Part shown: piece after piece, positions 1-12,429 of the stretch
How the letters are laid out: every line of letters begins with the position of its first letter
Position numbering within the stretch: position 1 is the first letter of the stretch
NCBI RefSeq assembly: GCF_963921235.1
Contig: NC_086108.1
Span: 83,206,001-83,270,000 of the forward strand
Direction of reading: 5' to 3'
DNA from: Mobula hypostoma
Taxonomy: Eukaryota
DNA length: 64,000 nucleotides
Position numbers and translations under genes: made by a program
Notes under the pieces: model-generated
Databases searched by the model: none
The model's input: only the letters and a program-made list of their open reading frames with translations
What the model was told of the DNA's origin: nothing

Positions 1-249
1 GCAGAATTGGTTTCTTTGATTCCTGGGTTAAATGGCGACACTCTAGAAATTCAGCTGGTTGTTTCCACTAGCAAATTGAGGTCAGGAAGATATAATTGCC
101 ATGCAGCATATTGTAAACATAAGAGGAAAGGCAGATTCTTGAGCTAAGGGAGTGGTGGTAGGGGCAACAGGTGTGTGGAAGGTGGAGCCGTTTATCACTA
201 CTCTGTCCTTACCAACTAACCTGCTATAGAGATGGTCAACAGTTCTTAA

Positions 250-1035
250 AAATCCATATTACTAGCAACCTCACCAGATCTCTCCATACCAATTCTGTGA
301 TCAAGATCTCCTATCGGCACATGTACATTCTTAAGCATATGAGAAAGTTTGGCTTTCCCACAGGACCGTCTTGAACTTCTACACATGTGCCTGATAGGGT
401 GCATTTTGGCCTGGTATAGCAACTGCTCTGCTTGGGAGCAATGCGAACTGCAGAGAGTGATGAACAGTGCCCTCTCCATCACAGGCTCACCACTTCCCTT
501 CATTCAGTCCATCTTCACACTGCAATGCTTCAGGAAGGGTAATAACACCAATTCCTTTTCTTCTGACAGAGATGGTGCTCGGTACTCGGTGTCGGAGGGC
601 TGGTCGGAGGCTCAAAGTTTTCAGACAACTCGGAGTCAGACTGTGGTTGGGCATGGCAGGGAGAGTTTTCTTCCTTCTCCCGTCTGCGTGAGATGTGAGA
701 TTTTTGAGAGACTTTGAACTTTTTTTACTGTGCCTATGGCCTGTTCTTCATCAAGTTATGGTATTGCTTGCACTGTTGTAACTATATGTTATAATTATGT
801 GTTTTTTGTTAGTTTTTCAGTCTTGGTCTGTCCTGTGTTTCTGTGATATCACACCAGAGGAATATTGTATCATTTCTTAATGCATGCATTACTAAATGAC
901 AATAAAAGAGGACTGCGTGTCCTTGTAATCTAATAATCTAATCCAATCCTTCTGGGAGAAGGTATATGATCTTGCAAGCCTGAACAACCAGACTCAGGAA
1001 CAGCTTTTTCCTACTGTTGTTAGATGTTGACCCAC
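250..1035 (+). mobile_element. Rex1/Babar-type LINE 3' fragment, split by an insertion at about 568-940
   Basis: Translates to GCILAWYSNCSA..LQRVMNSALSITGSPLP. After the insert it resumes with PSGRRY..TTRLRNSFF-like codons (ccttctgggagaagg..cagactcaggaacagctttttc). Confidence 0.75.
568..940 (+). mobile_element. 5'-truncated non-coding retroposon (same family as 10082-10757), (AATCT)n-like tail
   Basis: Reverse-complement match to 10082-10500; ends aataaaagaggactgcgtgtccttgtaatctaataatcta. Confidence 0.75.
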
Positions 1036-1404
1036 TTTGTCCATGGTCACTAATGCCAATGAATCTCTCTGCATTCATGCTATTTTAACCATCTGCCTTA
1101 GATTTCCTTGTACCTGGCCCAGGCCAGATTTAGAAGGCACATTATTTTATAACAATGGGCCATTTAAATATCCATATATCTAAATGCTGCCCTGTGCAAC
1201 CAGAGGTGTCACTTTATGTAAGTTATAGCATCATTTAAAAGTTTGGGAGCTTCCTGCCCACCCTGTAATATGGGTTGTACATACAGATTCCCAGCTTGTG
1301 CTCTTCCTTCTCTCCAGTGCATTAACATCCTTGCTACTTGTCCCTGTATGTTTTCACTTAAATTTAATTGATCACATCATTTTGAATTTAACCTGTAATC
1401 CACA

Positions 1405-1920
1405 ATCAGAATCAGGTTTAATTTCATCAGCATCTGTCATGAAATTTGTTAACTTTAGAGGCAGCGGTACAATGCAAGACATGATAAATATGGAAATAAA
1501 TAAATAAATAACAGTAAATATATATCAGATGGTTAAATTGAAAATAGTGCAAAAACAGGAAAAAAAAAGTGAGGCATTGCTCATGGGTTCAATGTCCATG
1601 TTGGAATCGGATGGCAGAGGGAAAGAAGCTGTTCCTGAATCACTGAGTGTGTGCCTTCAGGCTTCTGTACCTCCTACCTGATGGTAGCAATGAGAAGAGG
1701 GCATGTCCTGGGTGATGAGGGTCCTTAATAATGGACGCCGCCTTTCTGAGGCACTGCTCCTTGACGATATCTTGTACACTACAGAGTTAGCACCCATGAT
1801 GGAGCTGACTAATTTTACAACTTTCTGTAGCTTCTTTCGATCCTGTGCACTAGCGCCCCCCCCACCCCTCCCCTCCATACCAGACGGTGATGCAGCCTGT
1901 CAGAATGCTCTCTACGGTAC
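1405..1920 (-). mobile_element. Rex1/Babar LINE 3' end
   Basis: QDRKKLQKVVKLVSSIMG; (GATTCT)n tail; similar copies at 9339-9918 and 41758-42340. Confidence 0.75.
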
Positions 1921-2473
1921 AGCTATAATTGTAGATGTAGATCCAGATGTTTCATATACCCTTATGAGGCTTGCTCCTAGAGCAAACATCTATGAATAAT
2001 TAGCTAAATTACCTTTCATAGCCAAAAAAAGACAGTCAGCATGTTAATATTTAGCTTTACATCAACAATATCTGGGAAGGTATAAACTTAGCCTGGAGCA
2101 AAACATTGACTTTATTTTATGCCTCAATGAAAAAGAATTGCATAGATGTTAATTTTTCTTCCCCAAAAGTAATAACATTTGAAAAATGGAGGGAGGTTCC
2201 TCGCATCAACTCTGATCTGATAATACAAACTATGGGCCAGCCTTCAAGGACTCTGCAACCCACGTTTTCAGAATTATTTATTTATTTATCTAGCTATGTA
2301 TTTTTCTGTTTGTTTGTTTATTTATTATTATTTATATAATTTGTCTTCTTTTGCACCTTGGTTGTTTTTCAGTATTTGTTTTTCAGTAGTTTTTAATTGA
2401 TTCTATTGTATTTCTTTGGTTTAGGGTGAATACCTGCAAGAAAACAAATCTCAACATATTGTATGGTGACATA

Positions 2474-3222
2474 CACTCAGTGGCCTTTTTATTAGATATC
2501 TTCCATGCCTAGTAGAGTTACAGAGTCATAGAGAAGTACAACAGAAGCAGGTCCTTCAGCCCATCTAATCCATGCTGAAACTGTTTAAACAGCCTACTCC
2601 CATTGACCTGCACTGGGGCCATGGCCCTCCATATCTCTACTATCCATGTACCTATCCAAACTTCTCTTAAACATTGAAATCGAGCTCGCTTGCGCCACTT
2701 GTGCTGGCAGCTAGTTCCATATTCTTGACCACTGAATGTATGTTAGTGGTCTTCTGCTGCTGTACCCCTCCACTTCAAGATTTGAGGTGTTGTGCATTTG
2801 GAGATATTCTTCTAAACACCACTCATATAGAGTATGGTTATTTGAGTTACTGTCACTGCCCTGTCAGCTTGAACCCATCTGGCCATTCACTGCTGACAAC
2901 TGCTGCTCGCTAGATTTTTTTTTTGTTCTCGCACCATTCTCTGTACACATGAGAGAATATTATGTGTGAAAATCCCAGGAGATCAGAAGTTTCTGAGATA
3001 TTCAGACCACCCCATCTGGCACCATCAATTATTCCAGGCTCCAAGTCACTTGGATCACATTTCTTCCCCATTCTGATGTTTGAAATTTACAATAAGTGAA
3101 CTTCTTGACCATGTCTGCATAATTTTATGCATTGAGTTGCTGCCACATGATTTGCTGATTAGATATTTGTATTAGTGAGCAGGTGTGCCTGCACACGTAC
3201 ATAACAAGGTGACCACCGAGTG
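2474..3222 (-). mobile_element. Non-autonomous Tc1-like element inside a Rex/Babar 3' UTR (2240-3260), itself holding a CR1 3' fragment (about 2515-2735, minus)
   Basis: TA|cactcagtggcc ... gaccaccgagtg|TA; internal sequence matches 4500-5172 and the reverse complement of 35903-36453. Confidence 0.75.
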
Positions 3223-3504
3223 TATATGTACTTTGATAATAAATTTACATTGAACTTCAAAAAACTCCGTTCAGTGACCTCAATAGAATGGTGAACTGAT
3301 GGTTGGCTCATTGATGAAGATTATGAGAAGGAAGTAGAAGAATGAGATATCTCATTGATAGAATTAATTTAGCATTTGAGAAGAGAGGTAGCCAGCTTAT
3401 CTCATGAACAAGGACAGAGTATACCGAATGAATTCAAGACACTTAACCACTAATATCCAAGCTAATCTCGCCAATCAATTTGCCATTTCAACGCCATTTT
3501 AACA

Positions 3505-3815
3505 GCAAGAGTAGGCAGACCAAGGAACTGATTGTAGGCTTCAGAAGAGGGAAACTAGAGGTCCATGAGCCAGTAGTCATTGGAGAATCAGCGGTGGGGA
3601 GGGTCAGTAACTTTAAATTCCTGGGTGTCACTATCTCAAAGGACCTGTCCTGGATACATCATATAAATGTAATTGCAAGGAGAGCACAACAGTGTCTCTA
3701 CTTCCTCAGGTAGTGGATTCAGCCCAGTACATCACAAGTAAAGCCCTCTCAACCATTGAGCATATCTACATGAAACGTTGTCATAGAAAAGCAGCATCCT
3801 TCATCAAAGATCAGA
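3505..3815 (+). mobile_element. Rex1/Babar fragment
   Basis: TKELIVGFRR..FKFLGVTISKDLSW..AQQCLYFLR. Confidence 0.75.
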
Positions 3816-4179
3816 GTACTTTATATGATTGCCTGTTGAGGAGTTTTACTTTTGAACATCACTGAAACAATTTCACCATTTATCTCAAAGACTATAGAGC
3901 TTCTTTCAATTGGAACTGACATTTTTCTACCTTAATCACTGACTATACTTCACTAGCTGGAAGGCATTCTGTAATGTTGTGAGCATGTAACTGCAAAAGC
4001 TATTTTTTATCCAACAGTTGCTGCATTATGGCTGTAAATATTTAATGTCAACATTTTAAAGATTAATACTGGACAATTACACTCTGCATAACATACGTGT
4101 GCATTGGGGAACCATGTTAATACTTTACATGATGTTCATGCAGAATAATTGATATATATATCAATGTAGCCCATGCAAA

Positions 4180-4452
4180 AGGCTTCTTCTCTCCACGCAG
4201 CTGAGGAAACCAAATGAACAGCAGTGACTGATACAGTTTGGCACCAGCAGCATTTCAGGAGTTGCCAGCCAGCATTGAACACAACGTAGGACTGTTTTAG
4301 GGACTCTGGCTCCAAATTCTTCCTTGGGATTTACTCACGAAGCCTTCCCCATGAGTAGTTATAGCCACAAGTCAGTGGAGATTTGAGATCAGAGTTTTCC
4401 CTCTCCTAGATGAGCAGCCAACCATAGCTGATGAGCCCCATCTGCCTGAAAT
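4180..4452. mobile_element. Possible RTE-clade 5'UTR-derived fragment
   Basis: gggatttactcacgaagccttcccc..cagagttttccctctcctagatgagcagccaacc resembles RTE 5' regions as I recall them; not verified. Confidence 0.35.
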
Positions 4453-4499
4453 AATTCATGTATTTGTTCCAAAATTGGAAACGTGTTACATACTCCGAC

Positions 4500-5172
4500 A
4501 GGAGGTACCTGAAAAAGTGGTCACTGAGAAATTGCAAAGACCATCTTCATGGTCTTCTGCTGCTGTAGCTCATCCACTACAAGGTTTAGCATGTTGTGTG
4601 TTCAGAGATACTGTTCTGCACAGCACTGTTGTGACACATGGTTATTTGAATTACTATCACTTTCCTGTCAGCTTGAACCAGTCCGGTCATTCTCCTCTGA
4701 CTTCTTTCATTCACAACATGTTTTCATCCACAGAACTGCTGTTCACTGGATTTTTTTTTTGTTTTTTTTACACCATTCTCTGTAAACTCCAGAGTGTTGT
4801 GTGTGAAAATCACAGGAGATCAGCAGTTTCTGAGATACTCAAAGCATCCCATCTGGCACCAACGAATCAATCCAGTCAAAGTCACTTCGAGCACATTTCT
4901 TCCCCATTCTCGAGGAATTCTGCCAATGCTGGAAATTCAAGCAACACACATCGAAGTTGCTGGTGAACGCAGCAGGCCAGGCAGCATCTCTAGGAAGAGG
5001 TACAGTCGATGTTTCCCCATTCCCCATTCTGATGTTTGGTCCAAGCAACAATTGAACCACTTGACCAAGATGGCATGTTTTTATACATTGAGTTGCTGCC
5101 ACCTAATTGGCTGAATAGATAGTTGCATTAACAAGCAGATGTACAGTGTACTAATAAAGTGGCAATCGAGTG
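4500..5172 (-). mobile_element. Non-autonomous Tc1-like element
   Basis: Same family as 2474-3222; right TIR ctaataaagtggcaatcgagtg|TA. Confidence 0.7.
4911..5019 (-). mobile_element. Short PLE terminal-repeat-derived insertion
   Basis: Reverse complement of 34418-34520; 11-bp TSD ttccccattct at 4900-4910 and 5020-5030. Confidence 0.85.
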
Positions 5173-5632
5173 TACGCTGACTGTTTGGGAATTGAATGTA
5201 ATTTTAATCAGGGATTATGTGGTAATCAGCCATTAATATAAATGAGAACCATTCTTCAAAAGAAACCTGTTCCTATATAACACACATCAATAATATAAGG
5301 ATATTTAAACCAGCCATTGAACATGAAACATTCTGGTTTTACACTAGATTAAATTATGCAGAGAAGAACAGAAGATGGATATTTATATTAATTGACCCCA
5401 AGTAAGATTATCAGGGTAACATCAGAAGAAGTTAAAAGGTTGCTATCCTGTCATTTACACACAGTTAAAGGCATACTTATTTGTTCATTCAAAATGTAAG
5501 TGTTTGTATACTCAGCTTTGTGATAAACAAATTATATTGTGAGTGCTGGGAGTTTTCTGTTCAGAAGCTTTCAGACCATCTACAGGTGTGTGAATATTCA
5601 AAGTTGTCTTGCCAGTTGAGATATGCTTCCAT

Positions 5633-5888
5633 TGTTAATAAGTAATTCTACAAAGACACTTGCCTGCACACAAAATGCTGAAGTAATCTATATACATAAT
5701 TATAACTATTGGTACCACATTTAATCTCAGCTGTTACCTTTGTGTTTAAAGAGTATAAAACCTCAATGCACTTTTGAGTTCAGTGAGATTCTCCAGAGAT
5801 CCTTCCCGATTGTTTGTTCGTCATGCTGAATAAAGAGTTTTTATATATGCAGCTCCAGTCTCCATGTCGTTCATTCGAAGTTATAACA
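5633..5888 (+). mobile_element. Candidate short solo LTR
   Basis: TGTTAATAA...TTATAACA termini with internal TATAAAA and AATAAA; no clean TSD. Confidence 0.35.
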
Positions 5889-6671
5889 TTCACCAACAGA
5901 AAATCCCTTAGAAAATAAAATTCTTTTGAAACATTGTTGCAAACTATATAGGAATGGAAATTGAATGCATCAATATATTGTCTATAGATTATTCCAGAAT
6001 TTGCTGGGGCAGGCTATCTTATGATACACAGTATCCCTTTAGATATAAAAACTGAAAACACAGTAAGTACTTCGCAGGTCATGCAGCATCGTGGAAAGAG
6101 AAGCAGACTTAACAGAGGTGTAAGGTCCCTGAAATTCTTCATAATTTTCTGTATTTATTTCAGATTTCCAATACCATTTGGTTTACTCTCCCTTTAGGTT
6201 ATAAGTTCTCAGTATTTGTTCAAAATCCTTTGGTACGATAAATGCGAGAGGAACAGGACCATGAGGATGAGTGACCAGTGAGACACTGGGTGTCTTAGGG
6301 AAACAATAGATCTACTCTTTATCATCTTTGGAATACATTAAAAGGAAAAAGAATGAAACAGTGGGCTAGCAGTAAATGGATTAGGTTGGAATTAGATGTA
6401 ACACAGATGAAAAAAATAAGAGAGGGAATATAAGACTCTAAGACAAAAGAGAGAGAAAAACTAATGCAATAAAAAGTTTAACATGCATTTTAAATTTTAG
6501 AAAAACACAATTATTTAGCCACAAGAATAAAACTACAGTTTTCATTGTTCCCTCTTCATGCCAGAGGTTGAGCTGTATTGGAGCAACATACAGTAAGTCT
6601 CATTATTGAGTAGGTTCTTCCAATAATAAAGATTAGCCTTAATGCTAACCACCAAATCTAATTCATATTTC

Positions 6672-6780
6672 ACAAGAGATTCTGTTGATGCTGAAAGTCT
6701 AGAGAAACACACACAAAATGCTGGGGAATTCAGCAAGTCACGCAGCATCTAGGGATGGGAATAAGGAGTCAATGTTTCAG
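6672..6780 (-). mobile_element. Older PLE terminal-repeat fragment (another at about 6045-6175)
   Basis: acacacaaaatgctggggaattcagcaagtcacgcagcatc..agtcaatgtttcagg is homologous to 35106-35210. Confidence 0.65.
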
Positions 6781-7278
6781 GTCCATAATTCATTGGAAGT
6801 GGCATTGGAGGTAAATAGGGTCATAGGGAAAGCATTTGAAATACTGGCCTTCATAAATCAACGTATTGTGTACAGGAGATGGGAAGGGATGTTGAAGTTC
6901 TTTAAGACATTGATGAGGCCTAGATTGGAGTATTGTGTGCAGTTTTGGTCATCTACCTACAGGAAAGATATAAATAAGGTTGAAAGGGTATAGAGAAAAC
7001 TTACAAATGTGCTGACAGGTCTGGAAGTCCTAAGTTAAAAGGAAAGATTGAAGAGGTTAGGCCTTTCTTCCTTGGAACCCAGAGCATCATTAGAGTGTGG
7101 AATGAGCTGCCAACACAAGTGTATACAAACTCAATTTCAACATTTAAGAGAAGTTTGGATAGGTGCATGGAGGACTATCATCCCGGTGCATGTTAATAGG
7201 CGTAGGCAGTTTAAATGGTTTGACAAGAACTAGATTGGCCGAAGGGCCTGTTTCTGTGTTGTACTTTTCTACGACTCT
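6781..7278 (+). mobile_element. CR1 LINE 3' fragment
   Basis: RPRLEYCVQFWS motif; CR1 3' hairpin ggccgaagggcctgtttc. Confidence 0.8.
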
Positions 7279-7289
7279 TTAATAGAATA

Positions 7290-8577
7290 GCAAACAACAA
7301 TTTACAAGACAATAGTGCAAAGAGCCATGCACAATCAACAACTAGCAGAACAGTCACATGCACAAATTCAATAATCATCAGAAATAAATGTGAACATATG
7401 AACAGACTGAATAATGGAACAAAGAGAGCAGGTAACGATGTTGTCATTGGCAACATCTCCTCCACAATCTCCATCAGCGCAGGTGAACCACAAGGCTGTG
7501 TGCTTAGCCCCCTGCTCTACTCTCTTTATACTTATGATTGTGTGGCTAAGCACAGCTCCAATGCCATATTTAAGTTTGCTGACGATACCACTGTCGTAAG
7601 CGAAATCAAAGGTGATGATGAATCAGCATGTAGGAGGGAGATTGAAAATCTGACTGAGTGGTATCACAGCAACATCTCACTTAATGTCAGCAAGACCAAG
7701 GAGCTGGTTACTGATTTCAGGAGGAGGAAACTGGAGTTCCGTGACCCCGTCCTCAGCAGAGGATCTGAGGTGGACAGGGTCAGTAACTTTAAATTCCTCA
7801 GTGTTATCAATTCAGAGGGCCTGTTCTGGGGCCCAAAACATAAGTGCAATTACAAAACAAAATGCACAGCAGTGCCTCTACTTCCTTAGGAGCTTGTGAA
7901 GATTCAGCATGATGTCTGTAAATTTGACTGACTTCTATAAATGTATGGTGGAGAGTATATTAACTGGCTGCATCATGGCCTGGTTTGGAAACACCAATGC
8001 CCTTGAATGGAAAATCCTCCAAAAAGTAATGGATATGGCCCAGTCCATCATGCATAAAGCCCTCCCCTCCATTAAGAACATCTACATGGAGCGTTGTTGT
8101 AGGAAAGTAGCAATCTATCATCAGGGACCACCGGCACTCAGTCATACTTTCTTCTTGTCATGAGAGATAAGGTATAGGAGCTTCAGGACTCACACCAACA
8201 GGTTAACGAACAGTGATTACCCCTCAACTATCAGGCTCTTGAACCAGAGGGGATACCTTCACTCAATTTTACTTTGCTCCATCACTGAACAGTTTCCACA
8301 ACCAATGGATTCACTTTCAAGGACACTTCATCTCATGTTCTCAATATTTATTGCTTCCTTATTTGTTATTATTTTCTTTGTTTCCTTCTTTCTTTTTGTA
8401 TTTGCACAGTTTCTTGTCTTTGGCACACTGGTTGCCTGCCCTGTTGGTGCAGTCTTTCATTGATTCTATTATAGTTATTGGATTTATAGAATATGCCTGC
8501 AAGGAAATGAATCTCAAGGTTGTATATGGTGGCATATATGTACTTTGAAAATAAATTTACTGTGAACTATGAACTTT
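7290..8577 (+). mobile_element. Rex1/Babar RT 3' portion, degenerate
   Basis: PQGCVLSPLLYSLYTYDC..KFADDTTVV; 3' UTR with (TGAACT)n tail. Confidence 0.85.
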
Positions 8578-8614
8578 GTGCAGACACAGTTTGGGCATTA
8601 CACCTGTGTGAGTT

Positions 8615-9918
8615 TTGTTGAGAAGCTACAGGAAAGAAGCTTTGTAGATGACGCATCTGGTACTGGTCCCTGATGGCAGTTTACTGAGTAGGTGACTGCT
8701 AGGGTGGATGGAGTCAGCAGTAATTTTTCCAGTTCTTTTCTTTGCTCTGCTCAACGATAGCTGAGTAAAAATTCATCAGGATACACTCTGACATATTAAG
8801 TTTCCTAAGCTGACACAGAAAAACAATCTCTGCTGGGCTTTCCTAGTGATGAGTGTAACGTACTTGTCCCACTTCAATATATTGGTAATGTTAGCCCCCA
8901 GGAATTTGATTGACTCAACCACAGACATGATCATTCATTTCCAAGGGGAATGCAGGTAGGGTGTTGTCAGCAGAGATCAATAGTTATTTCCACTGTCTTG
9001 ACAGCATCAAGCTACAAGTTGTTGTGAGCACACCGGGCTGCAAGATGATCTACCTTGGTCTGATAGCAGGTCACATCATTATGAGAGATGAGACTAACTA
9101 CAGTCAGGGCATCTGCAAACTTTAGGATCTTAATTGATTTGTCTGTGGAGGTACCGTTGTTTGTATAAAGTGTGAACAGGAGAGGAGAAAGGACACAGCC
9201 CTGGGGAGAGCCTGTGCTTATAGACATTGGATCAGACAAGTAGAAGCCCAGTCTTATGGACTGCTTCCTTCCTATCAGGAAGTTCATAATCCACCCAATG
9301 GCACTGTATGGTACAGCACCAACCTTAGAGGCTACCACATCAGAATCAGGTTTAATATCACCTGCATATGTTGTGAAATTTGTTAACTTAGAAGCAGCAA
9401 TACAATGCAATACATGATAAATATAGAAATAAAAAGGAATTACATGAAGTATATATATTTCATGTACATGAAATAGTTAAATTTAAAGTAATCAATAAAA
9501 GGTGAGGTGTGTTCATGGGCTCATTGTCCTTTGAAAAATCAGATGACAGAGGGGAAGAAGCTGTTCCTGAATCACTGAGCATGTGCCTTCAGGCTAGAGT
9601 ACCACATTCCTGATGGTAACAATGAGAAGAGGGCATGTCCTGGGTGATGGACACTGCCTTTCTGAGGCACCACCCATTGGAGATGTCTTGGAGGCTAGTA
9701 CCCATGATGGAGCTGACTAATTTTACAACTTTCTGTAGCTTCTTTCAATCCTGGACAGTAGCCACCCCCCCCCCTCATATCAGTCAGTGATGTAGCCTGT
9801 CAGAATGCTCTCCACAGTACATCTGTAGTTTTCGAGTGCTTCAGGTGACATATCAAATCTTCTCAAACTCCTAATGAAATATAGCCGCTGTCTTACCTTC
9901 TTTATAGCTGCATCGATA
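8615..9918 (-). mobile_element. Two Rex1/Babar fragments (8615-9335 and 9339-9918)
   Basis: STGSPQGCVLSPLLFTLYTN..KFADA; second piece matches 1405-1920. Confidence 0.75.
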
Positions 9919-10081
9919 TGTCTACATATATATATATATATACACTTAATAGCTACTTCAACATTAGCTGCCTTCTTCCTATTTATAGATACATAGAAAC
10001 TCTTGCTGTTTGTTTTGATGTCATTTGCAAGTTTTCCCTCAAAATCAATTTCTCTCTCTTAAGAGATTTTTTGTTTTTTGG

Positions 10082-10757
10082 ATTAGATTATGAGGACACT
10101 CAGTCCTTGTTTATTGTCATTTAGAAATGCATGCATTAAAAATGATACAATGTTCCTCCAGAGTGATATCACAAAAAACAGGACAAACCAAAGACTAACA
10201 CTGACAAGACCACATAATTATAACATATAGTTACAGCAGTGCAAAGCAATACCATAATTTGATAAAGAGCAGACCATGGGCATGGTAAAAAAAAAAGTCT
10301 CGAAGTTCCAATGGACTCCCGATAGTCCCGATAGCAGGCGGCAAAAGGGAGAAACTCCCCCTGCCATAAACCTCCAGGCGCCGACAACTGTCAATGCATT
10401 TGAAGCACCCGACCACAGCCGACTCCGAGTCTGTCCGAAAACTCCGAGCCTCCAACCAGCCCTCCGACACCACACACCGAGCACCATCTCTGCCGATCAC
10501 TTCGACCCTGCCCCGGCCACCGAGCAACAAGCAAAGCCGAGGACTTGGGGCCTTCTCCTCCGGAGATTCTAGATCACACAGTAGCAGCGGCAGTGAAACA
10601 GGCATTTCAGAAGTTTCTCCAGATGTTCCTCCGTGCTCTCACGTCTGTCTCCATCAAATCAGGATTGTGCACGGCCTCCTACTTGACAGATAACAGAAAT
10701 CATTCAGCGGAGTGGCCGCTGCGTGCTGCGTCGTGCCGCCATCTTCTCCTCCTCCTA
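10082..10757 (-). mobile_element. Apparently full-length (about 675 bp) non-coding retroposon
   Basis: 5' end ggaggaggagAAGATGGCGGc, CpG-rich body, AATAAA and aatct tail; second copy at 568-940; sits in an old CR1. Confidence 0.7.
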
Positions 10758-11272
10758 GAGACAGATTTTTCTGCTGGATCCTAAAGAACTTCCCAGTGTC
10801 CTGGCTCAATACTCACCCCTGTCACTTTGCATGCCTACTGAACATTATTCTTGACTAGATTCCTTTGTTAATCATAGATAGTGCCTTTTTTCTCATGGAA
10901 TCTCTTGTTCTACTTGGAATAAATTCCTGCTGACCATTATGGATCAGCTGTCTGGATATCTGCCACTGTCATGAACACTGCTGCTGAACTGTATCTTAGC
11001 TTCTTTTCCTAGTCCACCTTCAACACCACAATCATTGCACTTATTTCAGATGAAGACAGTCAATGTGGTCCTATGGTGCTTACCATCAAACTGAATCTGG
11101 AAATCTATCATATGGTCATTACCTTCTAGGTGATCTTTAACCACAAGATCAATTAATCCTTCCTCATGACCAGATGTAAAATAGCCTGTTCCTGGGTAGA
11201 TTCCATAATATCCTGTTCTATGAAGCTATCCCAAACGCATTCCACAAATCCTTCTTCAACAATACCCTTGCC

Positions 11273-12203
11273 ACACACACAAAATGCTGGACAAACTCAG
11301 CAGGCCAGGCAGCCTTTATGGAAAACAGTAAACAGTCAATGTTTCCGGCTGATATCCTTCAGAGTGCAGGGTGACTTGGACAGGCTGGGTGAGTGGGCAG
11401 ATGCAGTTTAATGTGGGTAAATGTGAGGTTAACCACTTTGGTGGCAAGAACAGGAAGGCAGGTTACTATCTGAATGGTGTCAAGTTAGGAAAAGGGGAAG
11501 TACAACGAGATCTGGGTGTCCTTGTTCATCAGTCATTGAAAGTAACCATACAGGTACAGCAGGCAGTGAAGAAAGCTAATGGCATGTTGGCCTTCATAAC
11601 AAGGGGAAGTTGAGTATAGGAGCAAAGAGGTCCTTCTGCAGTTGTACAAGGCCCTGGTGAGACCACACCTGGAGTATTGTGTACAGCTTTGGTCTCCAAA
11701 TTTGAGGAAGGACATTCTTGCTATGGAGGGAGTACAGCGTAGGTTCACTGGGTTAATTCCAAGGATGGCGGGAATGTCATATGTTGAAAGATTGGAGTGA
11801 CTGGGCTTGTATACACTGGAATTTAGAAGGATGAGAGGGGATCTGATTGAAACATAAGATTATTAAGGGATTGGGCACGCGAGAGGCAGGAAACATGTTC
11901 CCAATGTTGGGGGAGTCCAGAACCAGAGGCCACAGTTGAGGAAAAACCTTTTCACATAGAGGGTTGTGGATCTGTGGAATGCTCTGCCTCAGAAGGCAGT
12001 GGAGGCCAATTCTCTGGATTCTTTCAAAAACGAGTTAGATAGAGCTCTTAAAGATAGCGGAGTCAAGGAATATGGGGAGAAGGCAGGAACATGGTACTGA
12101 TTGTGGATGATCAGCCATGATCACAGTGAATGGCAGTGCTAGCTCGAAGGGCCGAATGGCCTTTTCCTGCACCTATTGTCTGTTGTCTATTATCAGGACA
12201 GTC
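11273..12203 (-). mobile_element. PLE-repeat mini-element split by a CR1
   Basis: The halves ...ccttca (11361) and tcaggac (12193) rejoin to the antisense HHR core; TSD aatacc(c/t)ttgcc at 11261-11272 and 12204-12215. Confidence 0.75.
11362..12191 (+). mobile_element. CR1 LINE 3' 830 bp
   Basis: QGDLDRLGEWA, QFNVGKCEV, RPHLEYCVQLWSP; (CTATTGT)n tail. Confidence 0.9.
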
Positions 12204-12429
12204 AATACCTTTGCCAGTTTGCTTCCTCCAGTCAACATGTAGAATAAGATCTCCCATGCCACCGGACAGCAAGTTTTTTTTGAAAGTACTGCTTCCTATT
12301 AAATATTTTCGGGGTTATGCTTGAAGCTGAAAACAAATATAGCTTCAGACTACTTGTATCATATAGGAATTTGGAGAAACAAGAAATTATAATGCGCTTA
12401 ATTGCATAACGGTGCTGACCGTTTGCAAT

